The notes under the pieces: model-generated
Database searches by the model: none
Seen by the model: only the letters and a program-made list of their open reading frames with translations
Told to the model about the DNA's origin: nothing
Assembly: GCA_002269645.1 (NCBI GenBank)
Contig: NIVC01005002.1
Span: forward strand, 1 to 28,814
Source of the DNA: Macrostomum lignano
Lineage: Eukaryota
Reading direction: 5' to 3'
DNA length: 28,814 nt
In this document: positions 1 through 10,700 of the stretch, one piece after another
How positions within the stretch are numbered: position 1 is the first letter of the stretch
Layout of the letters: every line of letters starts with the position of its first letter
Program-made: the position numbers and the translations under genes

Positions 1-55
1 TTCCAAGTTGATTTTAATCTTTTCGTGACCGATTTGCTTCTATGTTGGCGCCGTC

Positions 56-918
56 CTGGGTAGGTGGGTGAGGTGGGGTAACGCTGGAGTGAGGTGGTGA
101 TACCGGAGTAAGGTGGGTGCTGCCGGAGTGAGGTTGGTGATTCTGGAGTGAGGTGGGTGTTGCCGGAGTGAGGTTGGTGATGCTGGAGTGAGGTGGGGTG
201 ATGCCAGAGTGAGGTGGGTGATGCTGGAGTGAGGTGGGATTCTAGAGTGAGGTGTGGTGATGCTGGAGTGAGGTATGGTGATGCTGGAGTGAGGTGGGTG
301 ATTCTGGAGTGAGGTTGGTGATTCTGGAGTGAGATGGGTGATTCTGGAGTGAGGTGGTGATTCTGGAGTGAGGTGGGTGTTGCCGGAGTGAGGTGTGATG
401 CTGCGTGGAGTGAGGTGGATGATTCTGGAGTGAGGTGGGTGTTGCCGGAGTGAGGTTGGTGATTCTGGAGTGAGGTGGGTGTTGCCGGAGTGAGGTTGGT
501 GATGCTGGAGTGAGGTGGGTGTTGCCGGAGTGAGGTTGGTGATTCTGGAGTGAGGTGGGTGTTGCCGGAGTGAGGTGGTGATGCTGGAGTGAGGTGGGTG
601 ATTCTGGAGTGATGTGGGTGATTCTGGAGTGAGTTTGGTGATTCTGGAGTGAGCTGGGTGATTCTGGAGTGAGGTTGGTGATTCTGGAGTGAGGTGGGTG
701 ATTCTGGAGTGAGGTGGGTTATGCTGGAGTGAGGTGGGTGATGCTGGAGTGAGGTGGGGTGATGCTGGTGAGGTGGGTGATGCCTGAGTGAGGTGGGTGA
801 TGCTGGAATGAGGTGGGTTATGCCAGAGTGAGGTGGTGATTCTGGAGTGAGGTGGGTTATGCCAGAGTGAGGTGGGTGATTTTGAAGTGAGGTGGGTGAT
901 GTCGGAGTGCGATGGGGT
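56..918. repeat. Intronic 20-bp satellite (CTGGAGTGAGGTGGGTGATT)n
   Basis: Direct inspection; exact 20-bp period around 601-720, degenerate at the edges. Confidence 0.95.
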
Positions 919-957
919 GATTCTGACCCACACGTCAGTCCCATTCCCCGCACTCAC

Positions 958-1766
958 TTGAATATTAACACCTGGCACACTGTAGGCCTTGCCAGGTGTA
1001 ATTTCCACCGGAGTGCTAATCTGTTCCTCAAAGCCTTTTATTTCTCCACCAGGCGTGTTAACCAGCAGCACTCCGAATCTGAGCTGATCTTCAGGCTTAA
1101 TATAGGCCAAGCTGGTTATGGTGAGGCCGAGCGTAGAAGCATTATAAGGCAAAGTTTCGAATACTTTAACACCTGGCGGAGTGTTGAGCAGCTGTAGTTC
1201 GTAGCGGATCGGTACGCCGTTAAAGCGATCAGGCTGCTGCCAGGTGCATCGCACCTTATTGAGCTGATTGGGCACAGGTGAACAGGCAAAGCCTCTCGGC
1301 TTGGTGGCTTTGTACGGGTCGGTTCGAATCACAATACCAGCAGATGGCGTCACTGCGGCAGTTTCCGTTGCTCCATTGAATTCCACTTTAGCTTCGATAG
1401 TAAAATGGTACCAAGTGTAGGGTAGCAGATCAGGTGCCAGGTGGGTTGCACCAGTTTCCGTTTTAGGAGTGGAGGAGTTCCGAACTACGTTGTAACTGAC
1501 ATCGCATAAGCCGTGAGTAACTGCTTTCCAGGTCAGCTTAACAGTATCATGAGTTGTTTCTATGGCGGTAACGTTGCGAACAACCACACTGGCGCTTAGA
1601 TCGCCAATTTTTGTTTTGCTGGGGACGGAAGCCTCGCTGCTGTTGTCGTAATTGTTCTCCGTGAGTAGCTTAAAGTTGTAGTTACCGCACTGAGTGAGGG
1701 GGTCGCCCGGTAGGTCTGAAGAGAGATGTTGAATGAATGCGAGGTTCTCATCTTAAACTTGAACAG
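958..1766 (-). CDS. Exon with end of one FN3 plus two FN3 domains, one frameshift near 1610; 5' boundary uncertain
   Basis: Only nearby phase-0 acceptor is GTCAG|CTG at 1767 (weak pyrimidine tract). SFNISLQTY..., LLPYTWYHFTI, WQQPDRFNGVPIRY. Donor CAA|GTGAGT at 957. Confidence 0.72.
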
Positions 1767-4700
1767 CTGACCTGACTTTCTCGCACACTCTGAGGCTTGT
1801 AGCCTAGTGGTTAGAGCGTCGGACTCACGACTTGAAGGCCGGGGGTTCGATTCCCAGTCCCACCCGAAACAATTTGTGTCCTTGAGCAAGACACTTAACT
1901 CTGAATTGCTTCAGTTCACCCAGCTGTAAACTGGGTACCAGAATTAGGCACAGATACTAGAATAACTAGATGGGCCACTCAGCACATTCGCGTATAAACT
2001 ACTTACAGATCAGTAGTAAGTTAAACAAGCATTTTCATGTATGAGCCAAGGCTCATTTTTTGGTTCTTATTGATTTATTAGCTTTAAACCATCCAACTAT
2101 CCCCCCTGCCCCAATTTTATTGCCTTTCCGGAATTCCAGCCTAAAGCAGCGATGTACATTTCAGTGGACTGGATAATGTACATTAGCTGTGGTAATTGAG
2201 GCTGTGTGTGGCGACCCCCCCCCTCCAGTCCTTGGACTGAACAGCCGAACGCAGCCTTCAGATGCGCTGTCGGTTGCACATCTGGCCCAATTGGCTCCGC
2301 CCTCACGGGTGTTTAATGCTGCTGTTCTACTCACCTCTAAAGAATAGTCAGGCAGCGAAGTCCAAAGACTTTTAACAGAGCCTGTTTCAATCCTGAACCA
2401 GTACTGCTGGAACACGCCATTCAGCATAGTAGGCGGAGTCCAGCCCAGCACAGCGAATGTGTCTCCTATTTCCTTCACATTGAGACCTTCAGGTGGATCA
2501 GGCGTGTCCGGCAGAGTTCGATCGGTGCGACTCCAAGTCTGTCCGGCCAGAGTCTGGCTGACTGGCGTCACGGACACGCTGTAGTTGGCCCAGGGCCACA
2601 GGCCAAGCAGCTTGATGGGTGCCGACGAGCTGATGTTGGAGATCTGCGAACAGCCAGAGAGCAGCTGGTTGACTGTGTCGCTAACGTTGCACTTATCCGG
2701 CGGTGACAGCTCGCAGGTCAAATTCAAGTCCGTCACGTAGCCCCCAATACAGCTTCCATTGCTGGCACTTAAGCTAACAGTGTAGGCCATGATGCGGCCT
2801 CGAGTCACGGCTGGCAGGCCGAAGTTCAGGTCAATCTGGCGCTTGTCAGGCGTCAGAACTGGCGAGCTAACTGGATCGCTCGGCTGCTCAAGTGTTCGGG
2901 CAACGGAGCTGGTGCTGCTCGGACCTGGACCGGCTCGATTCACCGGCCACACGGTGATTCGGTAGGGCGTGTACGGCTCCAGAATGTCACCAGTGTCCAC
3001 CTGCAGGTCCTGGCCGTTAGTCTGGCTGTAGCTGAAGCTCGAATTTGTCACATTTGAGCAGCCGTCCAGTTCGCTCAACGGCCCGGGGAGTTGACGTCGC
3101 GAACAGTCGGTGCACACTATTCTAGCCGCAAAAGAGCAGCTAATGGGGCTGTTGCCGCTGCTAACGTTGATCTTATCCAGCCGCAGGACGTACTCAAATA
3201 TCAGGCCTCGGCTAAACTGGAAGCTCTTCCACAGCGAGACCACGCCTTGACCGCGGCGGCTGGCAAACTGAGGCGCCTCTTCCAGTGACTTGCTCGGTGC
3301 CAGATCGTCGAGCAAAGTCAGATTAGTTTTAGGGCTGGACGGACTCTCGCCCGCCGAGGTCCACGCGGTGACGCTGCAGTCGTACTGGACTCCGGGAGAC
3401 AAATCGTTAATGGTGGCGTTAAAGGTAGTGTTAGTGCCGGCGTTAAGTGTGACGTTCTTCGGCACGGAGTTGACCCCGGAGCCGATGCCATTGGCGAAGC
3501 AGCGCACAGTGTAGGCAATGATGACACCGTTGGGCTCGGACGGAGGCGACCAAGACAGCTGCAGCCAGTCGGTACTGAAGTTGTTGGCCGAGCATCTTGC
3601 GGAGCCGTTGGGAATCCTGTAGAGTATCCTGCAGTCTCGGCGATGCCGCTGGCGACGTTCGCTCGTAATAGGCAGCGTTGACATTAAGCGAGTAGTTCGT
3701 GTGGGGCGACAGCGGCTGGAACTCGAGTTCGCAGGACTGCACCCATCGAGGGCAAGATTTATTGAATAAGACGTTGCCAGCAATATTGCTAAGTTGTGCA
3801 ATGAGCAGCTCAGAATGCGAGGTGGCCTCCAGTTTGACTTTGAGGCTTCTACTATTCACAGATGTCCAAGTCGCATTAGGCGCGCTAGGATCTGAAATTG
3901 ATTGACAATCAAATTATGAAGATAAAATGCCAGTCTTGTGAAAGGGCAGGTTTCGCAAGCCACAACTCCACAAACTTCCAACTCCACAAACTCCAACTTC
4001 ACAAACACAAATTCCACAAACCCCAACTTCACAAACCCCCATCTCTACAAACCCCAAATTCACAAACACAAATTCCACAAACCCCAACTCCACAACCCCC
4101 AACTCCACAAACCCCAAACTTCATAAACCCCCAACTCCACAAACCCCCCAACTCCACAAACATCCAACTCCACAAACCCCAACGCCACAAACCTTCAACT
4201 CCCCAAACCCCAACTCCACCAACCCCCAATTCCACAACCCCCCAACTCTCCAAACCCCAACTTCATAAACCCCCAACTCCACAAACCCCAACTCCCCAAA
4301 CCCCAACTTCACAAACCCCAACTTCACAAACACAAATTCCACAAACCCCCAACTTCACAAAGCCCAAATTCCACAAACCCCCAACTCCCCAAACCCCAAC
4401 TCCACAAACCCCCAACTCCACAAACCCCCAATTTCACAAACCCACAACTCCCCAAACCCCAACTTCACAAACACAAATTCCACAAACCCCTAACCCCCCA
4501 AACCCCTAACTCCCCAAACCCCAACTCCACAAACCCTTAACTCCCCAAACCCCAACTCCACAAACCCCCAACTCCACAAACCCCAACGCCACAAACCCCA
4601 ACTTCACAAACACAAATTCCACAAACCCCTAACTCCCCAAAGCCCAACTCCACAAACCCTTAACTTCCCAAACTCCAAAATCACAAACCCTCAATTCCAC

Positions 4701-7700
4701 AAGCCCCCAACTCCACAAAGCCCCAACTCCACAAAGCCACAATTCCACAAACCCTAACTTCACAAACCCCTGACTCCACAAACACAAAATCCACAAACCC
4801 CGAACCTCCCCAAACACCAACTTCACAAACCCCCGATTCCACAAACCCCAACTCCACAAACCCCGAATTCCACCAACCCTTAACTCTACAAACAGCAACC
4901 ATATGAGAATTCTAAAGTTCACAATCCTCAGGTTTCACAAGACTATGAACTTCAAAAGAGCCAAAACTACTGAAGAAAATAATTACTCACACAGCCTAAA
5001 AGCACCCAATACGAGTATGGCTACCCTAAACAGATTGCAAGCCCCGATTATAAATTGCACCTGCAAGCATCAGCCACTCACCTGTACGCTGTACAACCGT
5101 ATAAGTTCCGGAGCTGTTTTGCACCAAACCGTCCTTTTCGGCAACAGCCACCACTTCAATGGTTACATTATCCGAATAGGCGTATTCGCCTTTAAACTCT
5201 GCTTTCAACTTATCAAATGTCTCTTTCTTATTCATATTAAGCTTTGAAGATTTCAAATCGATGCTCAGAAAGTCTGCACCAATTGCGACGGTGCTGGTCC
5301 ACACTGCGCTCAGAGCAGAGTTTGCCAGCGTTACGGCGTCCAGCTTAAAGTCGGTGCTAAATGTTGCGCTGTTGGCGTTGAGACGGGGCTCTGAAATGTT
5401 GTGTTAAACAGGGAATGCTTCTTTTTATCAAGGACGACTTAAGTAGAAGGACGGGAAACCTCGTTTCTTGGACAATTTTCGAAAGCAGCTTTTTCTGAAA
5501 AAATACACTACAGAGATAGGAAGTTTTCATTTTTTCTGCACAAAAATTGCTATTGCTTTTGATAGAAGGCAGATCCGGTGTTCATCTTTTGATATGTTGT
5601 GCCTTTCTTATTGCTCTAGCTATCGATATTCATAAAGCTTTTCCTTTAGAAAATTAGGATTCTATGTTAATTTTTATTCATAAAAGAATCATAAAAATGC
5701 ATGGCACAGCTCCAATCTTTGCTTTTATGAATCCATTTTATCATCTATGTTACAAATATTTGTTACACAGTCAGCTAAGAAGGATAAAATAGATTCATAA
5801 AACCAAAGAGCCGAGCCGTGGCATTTTATTGGATTTCAGGCACAAGACACCTGAAAATCTACGTAGAATAAAAATCTACTATAAAACACTAGTATTTAAA
5901 ATCGCATCTTACTAGTCAGAGCCTTCGACATTGCCGGTAATGAATCCGCGAAGCCGGCCTTCTTAACAATGATATCAATACTTTGCACTGAGCCGGGGCT
6001 TAAGCCAGTTTGGTTCGTGCTAGTCTCGCTCAGCTGTTCTGTAGGGTTTGAGCCGATGGTCACTGAGTACTGCACGTTGAGACTGTTGGATGCATTCCAG
6101 CTCACGTGCACGCTCTCGTAAGTTGAACTCCAAACGATGGACGCGTTGGTTACGGGAGACAGGCCTGGGAGAAGCAGATTGCGAACAAATTAACTGATGC
6201 ATTTTATTTCAAATAAGCAAGAAATGAGGAAAATTAAACAAGATTGAGCTGCTAAACTCACGAGTCTGTCCCACTACACTGGCGGGAGAGCTGTTGTTAA
6301 AGCCAGGCTTAACCACAACAACAGTTGCTGTGTGGTTCTCTCCCGACTGCAGACCGCAGCATCTGCCTTTCAGCTCTCGGCCGACATCAATCGGAGAATT
6401 GGAGCCACAGGTCAGGTTGTATGTCACACCTGACGTATTGGAGGCTGGCCACTCTACATCAAGACAGGTCTCGTTGGAGCCCGTCACGTTGACAGAAGCC
6501 ACGGGTGACACCACTGGAACCGGGTTTCAGTTCGTTTGACAGAAAAAGTCAGTTAGAAGAGATCAAATCCTGTGTCGATAAAGCTAGAAGTGTTTTAAAA
6601 AACATAAAAAACTACTTAAAAGATTGCTACGCTACTGAAAGTAGCGAGTTAGGTCATTCCTGTCAATAGAAAACCCTAAATAAATGTTTGGAAAAAATTC
6701 CACATGTTACACGCAAGTCGGAAACCTCATAGCAATGTGGAAGAAACCGCATCACAAAAATTACCTACGAGTATGAGTAAAGGTGAATAAATGCAATGCA
6801 ATCTTGTGCACTGATTGCACTCATTGACTCTTCCCTCGAGTTTAAATTTCGATTTTTACAGTTTAATAGCAAAGCCTTTGCTGGGGTTCAAATTTGACAG
6901 TTCGAATAAAAAATGCCACGGCAGTGAGGCAAGAAACTCAGAAACATCGGGTGTGAAAACTCACGAGTCTGTCCCACTCTACTGGCGGGAGAGCTGTTGT
7001 TAAAGCCAGCCTTAACCACAACAACAGTTGCTGTGAGGTTCTCTCCTGACTGCAGACCGCAGCAGCTGCCATTCAGCTGTTTGCCGGCATCAATCGAAGA
7101 ATTGGAGCCACAGTCAAGCTCGTATGTCACATCCGATGTATTGGAGGCTGTCCAGTCTACATCAAGACAGGTCACATTGGATTTCGTCACGGTGACAGAA
7201 GCCACGGGTGACACCACTGAAACCGGGTTGCAATTCGTGTGACAAATAAGGTCAGTTAGAGCACAATAAATCGTGCGCTATTGTTGGATAGCTGTTGCAA
7301 AAAATAAAATAAAACCTTAAAAGATCACTACGCTACTGAAAGTAGTAAGTTAGGACTTTCCGGTCAATAATTAACCCCTCATAAGTGCTCTGTAAAATGA
7401 CAATAGTTACATGCACGTCGGAAGTCTCACAAAAACATCGAAGAAGCCACGTCACAAAAACTACTTATGAGTAAAGGTGAGTAAATACAATGCAGTCTTG
7501 TGCCCTAATTGCACTGCTTGAAACTTTCCTTGATTTTCAAATTCGATTTCTACAGACTAACTGCAAAGCCTTTGCTGGGTTTCAGTGCACAATTTGAATC
7601 AAACAATGCCCCGGCGCTGAGGCAAGAAACTCAGAAACATCGGCTGTGAAAACTCACGAGTCTGTCCCACTCTACTGGCGGGAGAGCTGTCGTTAAAGCC

Positions 7701-10700
7701 AGCCTTAACCACAACAACAGTTGCTGTGAGGTTCTCTCCCGACTGCAGACCGCAGCAGCTGCCATTCAGCTGTTTGCCGGCATCAATCGAGAATTGAGCC
7801 ACAGGTCAGGTTGTATGTCACACCTGACGTATTGGAGGCTGGCCACTCTACATCAAGACAGTTCACGTTGGAGCCCGTCACGGTGACAGAAGCCACGGGA
7901 GCGACCACTGGAAGCAAATCAAACAAGGTGTACAAATGTGCATTTTTCAATACAGTTATAGTTAATACTGCTCATACTTATTCACTGACTGCAGTGTCTT
8001 CAGTTCTGTATAGTAAGTTAATAACAATCTGATACAAACTGTACCAAACACTCTAAAAAGCTTTTAAGCTCCGAAAAAAGGCAAAGGCGGAGCTGTCGCT
8101 CAAGCTGCATCAGCTGCTGCAATCATTTCTGCTGCAAAATCAGAGTGATGGAAAGCAGTAAAATTTGAAAAATTGTGTTAAAGGCCACGCATCTGAAACT
8201 TAAAAAATTTCTACATTGGTGACATCACTGCAGTAAAAAGGCTTTTGTATTGGCCTTAAAGTTGCACCACATCCACAGCAATTTTTTCAACACTTTGAAA
8301 ATTGAATTACAAGCCTGCGTCAGATCAGCTATTAAGCATGGGTGAACTCGCTACCTGGCAAAAACTGTCGTCAACTTACATTCTGCTTTGCGGAGGAATT
8401 TACGAGTAATTTATACAAAAAATCAAAGCCGTCAGTCAAAGCTCAGCCCCGTCAATCAACATCCCTAAAAGCCGCAAAGCATCACAGTCGAATTAAAGGC
8501 CTGCGTCAGTTGAGCAATTAAGCATCAAGCACTCTGATTTGCAGAGGAATTTAATTCAGAAAAATCAAACTTCAGCCCTGTCAGTCAACATCCTAAAAGC
8601 CGCAAAGCATCACAGCAACAAAGCCATCTGACTCAGAGCAGCTCATCTGAGCACACAGAGCTGCTGAACTCACGAGTCTGTCCCACTTACTGGCGGGAGA
8701 GCTGTGTTAAAGCCAGGCTTAACCACAACAACAGTTGCTGTGTGGTTCTCTCCTGACTGCAGACCGCAGCAGGAGCCTGAGGTTCCTGAGTCCACTTTAA
8801 TTGCACCTGACCCACAGTCAAGCTCGTATGTCACACCCGATGTATTGGAGGCTGGCCACTCTACATCAAGACAGGTCACGTTGGAGTTCTTTACGGTAAC
8901 AGAAGCCACGGGTGACACCACTGAAACCGGGTTTCAGTTCGTGTGACAAAGAAGGTCAGTTAGAGGAGCTCAAATCCGGTGTCGATAAGGGCTTGTAGTT
9001 TCCAAAAATTAAAAAATTACTTAAAAGATCGCTAAACCAATGAAAGTAGTGACATTAGGACATTCATGCAATAATACAACCTTCTGTGGAACGACAGTAA
9101 CTTCAAAGTAACATCATTTAATTTAGGTCACAAAAAGTACGTATAAAAAACGTGACTGAATGCAGTGCACGCTTGTGCCTCTACTGCACTCGTTGAACTT
9201 TTGTTTGAGTTTAAATAATCTCGATTTCTACAGACAAATTCAAAAGCATTTGCTGGGTTCGCAGTGCACAATTCGAATAGAAAATATCACCGCAACGTTA
9301 CTGTTGCGCTCTGGATTGATTCAATTTATTAGATATCAGAGCAAAACTGTTCATTCAATGAGTCATGTCGTGAATGAAATCACGTTGCACTACCACAAAA
9401 TTCTCCTCCCTAAGGTAAACTGTTGCACCGGAGTTGGCCTGAGCAGTTGCAGCTGGCGTCAGTGCGGTGAGAGCGTGCTGGCTGGTCCTGTAGTAGGTCT
9501 TGAACACCAAGTCGATGGCGTCCTCGAAGGCTCGAACTTCACTCCCGCCCTTAAGTTCGACTCAGCGGTTGCCCTTTGAGTAACACTGGCTAGCTCGGCT
9601 GTGTCGGATGCCCTCCGCTTGCAGGAAGTCCTCGAACTCTTCGCTGACGAACTGGGGCCCGTTGTCGCCGATCAGCATTTTTGGCACACCGCATCGACCG
9701 AATAGTTTCTGTAGCGCTTTGATAATGTTGGCAGAGGCCACTGTCTCCATGGCTGCAGTCTTCGGTCACTTGCTGTAGAGATCGTGGATCCCCAGTAGGA
9801 ATCGCTGATGTCGAGGAGCTGCGGCGACCTCGCCGAAGATTTCGATCTCGACCTTTGTCCCACGGTCCATCTGGCCACTCGACTGGTGCCACGGTTGTCT
9901 GGTGCGGCTTGCCGGTCTTCTCCGCGAGGTTGCAGGCCGTGCAGTTCTTGACGTGGTCCTCTACGTGCTGAGCAATCCCAGGAAACCAGACCGTGTCGAC
10001 GCACTGACTGATGCTCCAACAGAAGAGCTTCTCGCGGATGTTGTACTACGGCCGAAGAGTACCAGTACTGCTTACCTCGGTCGGCCAGCCGTCAGCGATG
10101 TGTCGTAGAACCGGCTGCAATTCTTCGTCATTCCTGGTTGCAGTCGCTAGCTTATCGTCCATTTGCGTTGTATTCAAGTCGAAAATTGCGTAGAGGTAGC
10201 TCTCCTCATCTGTCTCGACTGAAACGCGTTCGGTCGTGGCCCATTTGTACAGCATGTCTGCGCACTGGTTCTCAGCGTCAATGCTTCTCGCTCGCCGCTG
10301 AGTATCTCTTTTCCGCTAGACTCAGAGCTCTTGACGCGAACACGATTGGCACCTCTTGTCCATTTCATCTCTTTGCTTCTTGCTAAGCGCCTTTATGTGG
10401 AGCTCTGAGCTGCTAAACTGCTTGGCGTCCCTGCATGATGGCTGCTTCGATTCGCTCGACCTTCTTAATGGCGTCGTCAAGCGTCAGACTATGTCCCAAA
10501 TCAGCAGTCTTTTCGTGATGCGAGGTTCGCATGTTTTCTTCACGAGTTGGTCCCGTATCATCACACGGTGGAAGTTGCCAAAGTTGCAGTTTGTTGCCAG
10601 TTCTCTCAAGGCCATCATGTTGTCTCCGATGCTCTCGCCGTCATGCTGGGCTCGCAGCCGAAAGACGAAGCGCTCTGCTATGACGCTTCTCGACGAGTTG

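Noticed and set aside
40-957. H/P/S/T-rich C-terminal half of the 515-aa ORF
   Set aside because: Read-through past the GTGAGT donor at 957 into a 20-bp satellite
1793-1866. tRNA gene (Val-CAC-like loop)
   Set aside because: Acceptor and T stems do not pair, and a SINE core follows directly
2097-2334. Extra exon or continued ORF (GCSVQGLEGG..., ...SPHTASITTAN)
   Set aside because: Lies beyond a strong donor at 2334; no phase-compatible acceptor and donor pair found. Not fully excluded.
3898-4922. P/T/Q-rich and G/V/W-rich ORFs
   Set aside because: Translations of a satellite lacking stop codons
6796-6818. TGCAATC/GATTGCA hairpin in alpha introns as a splicing structure
   Set aside because: Pairing is not maintained or compensated in the 9160, 12645 and later copies
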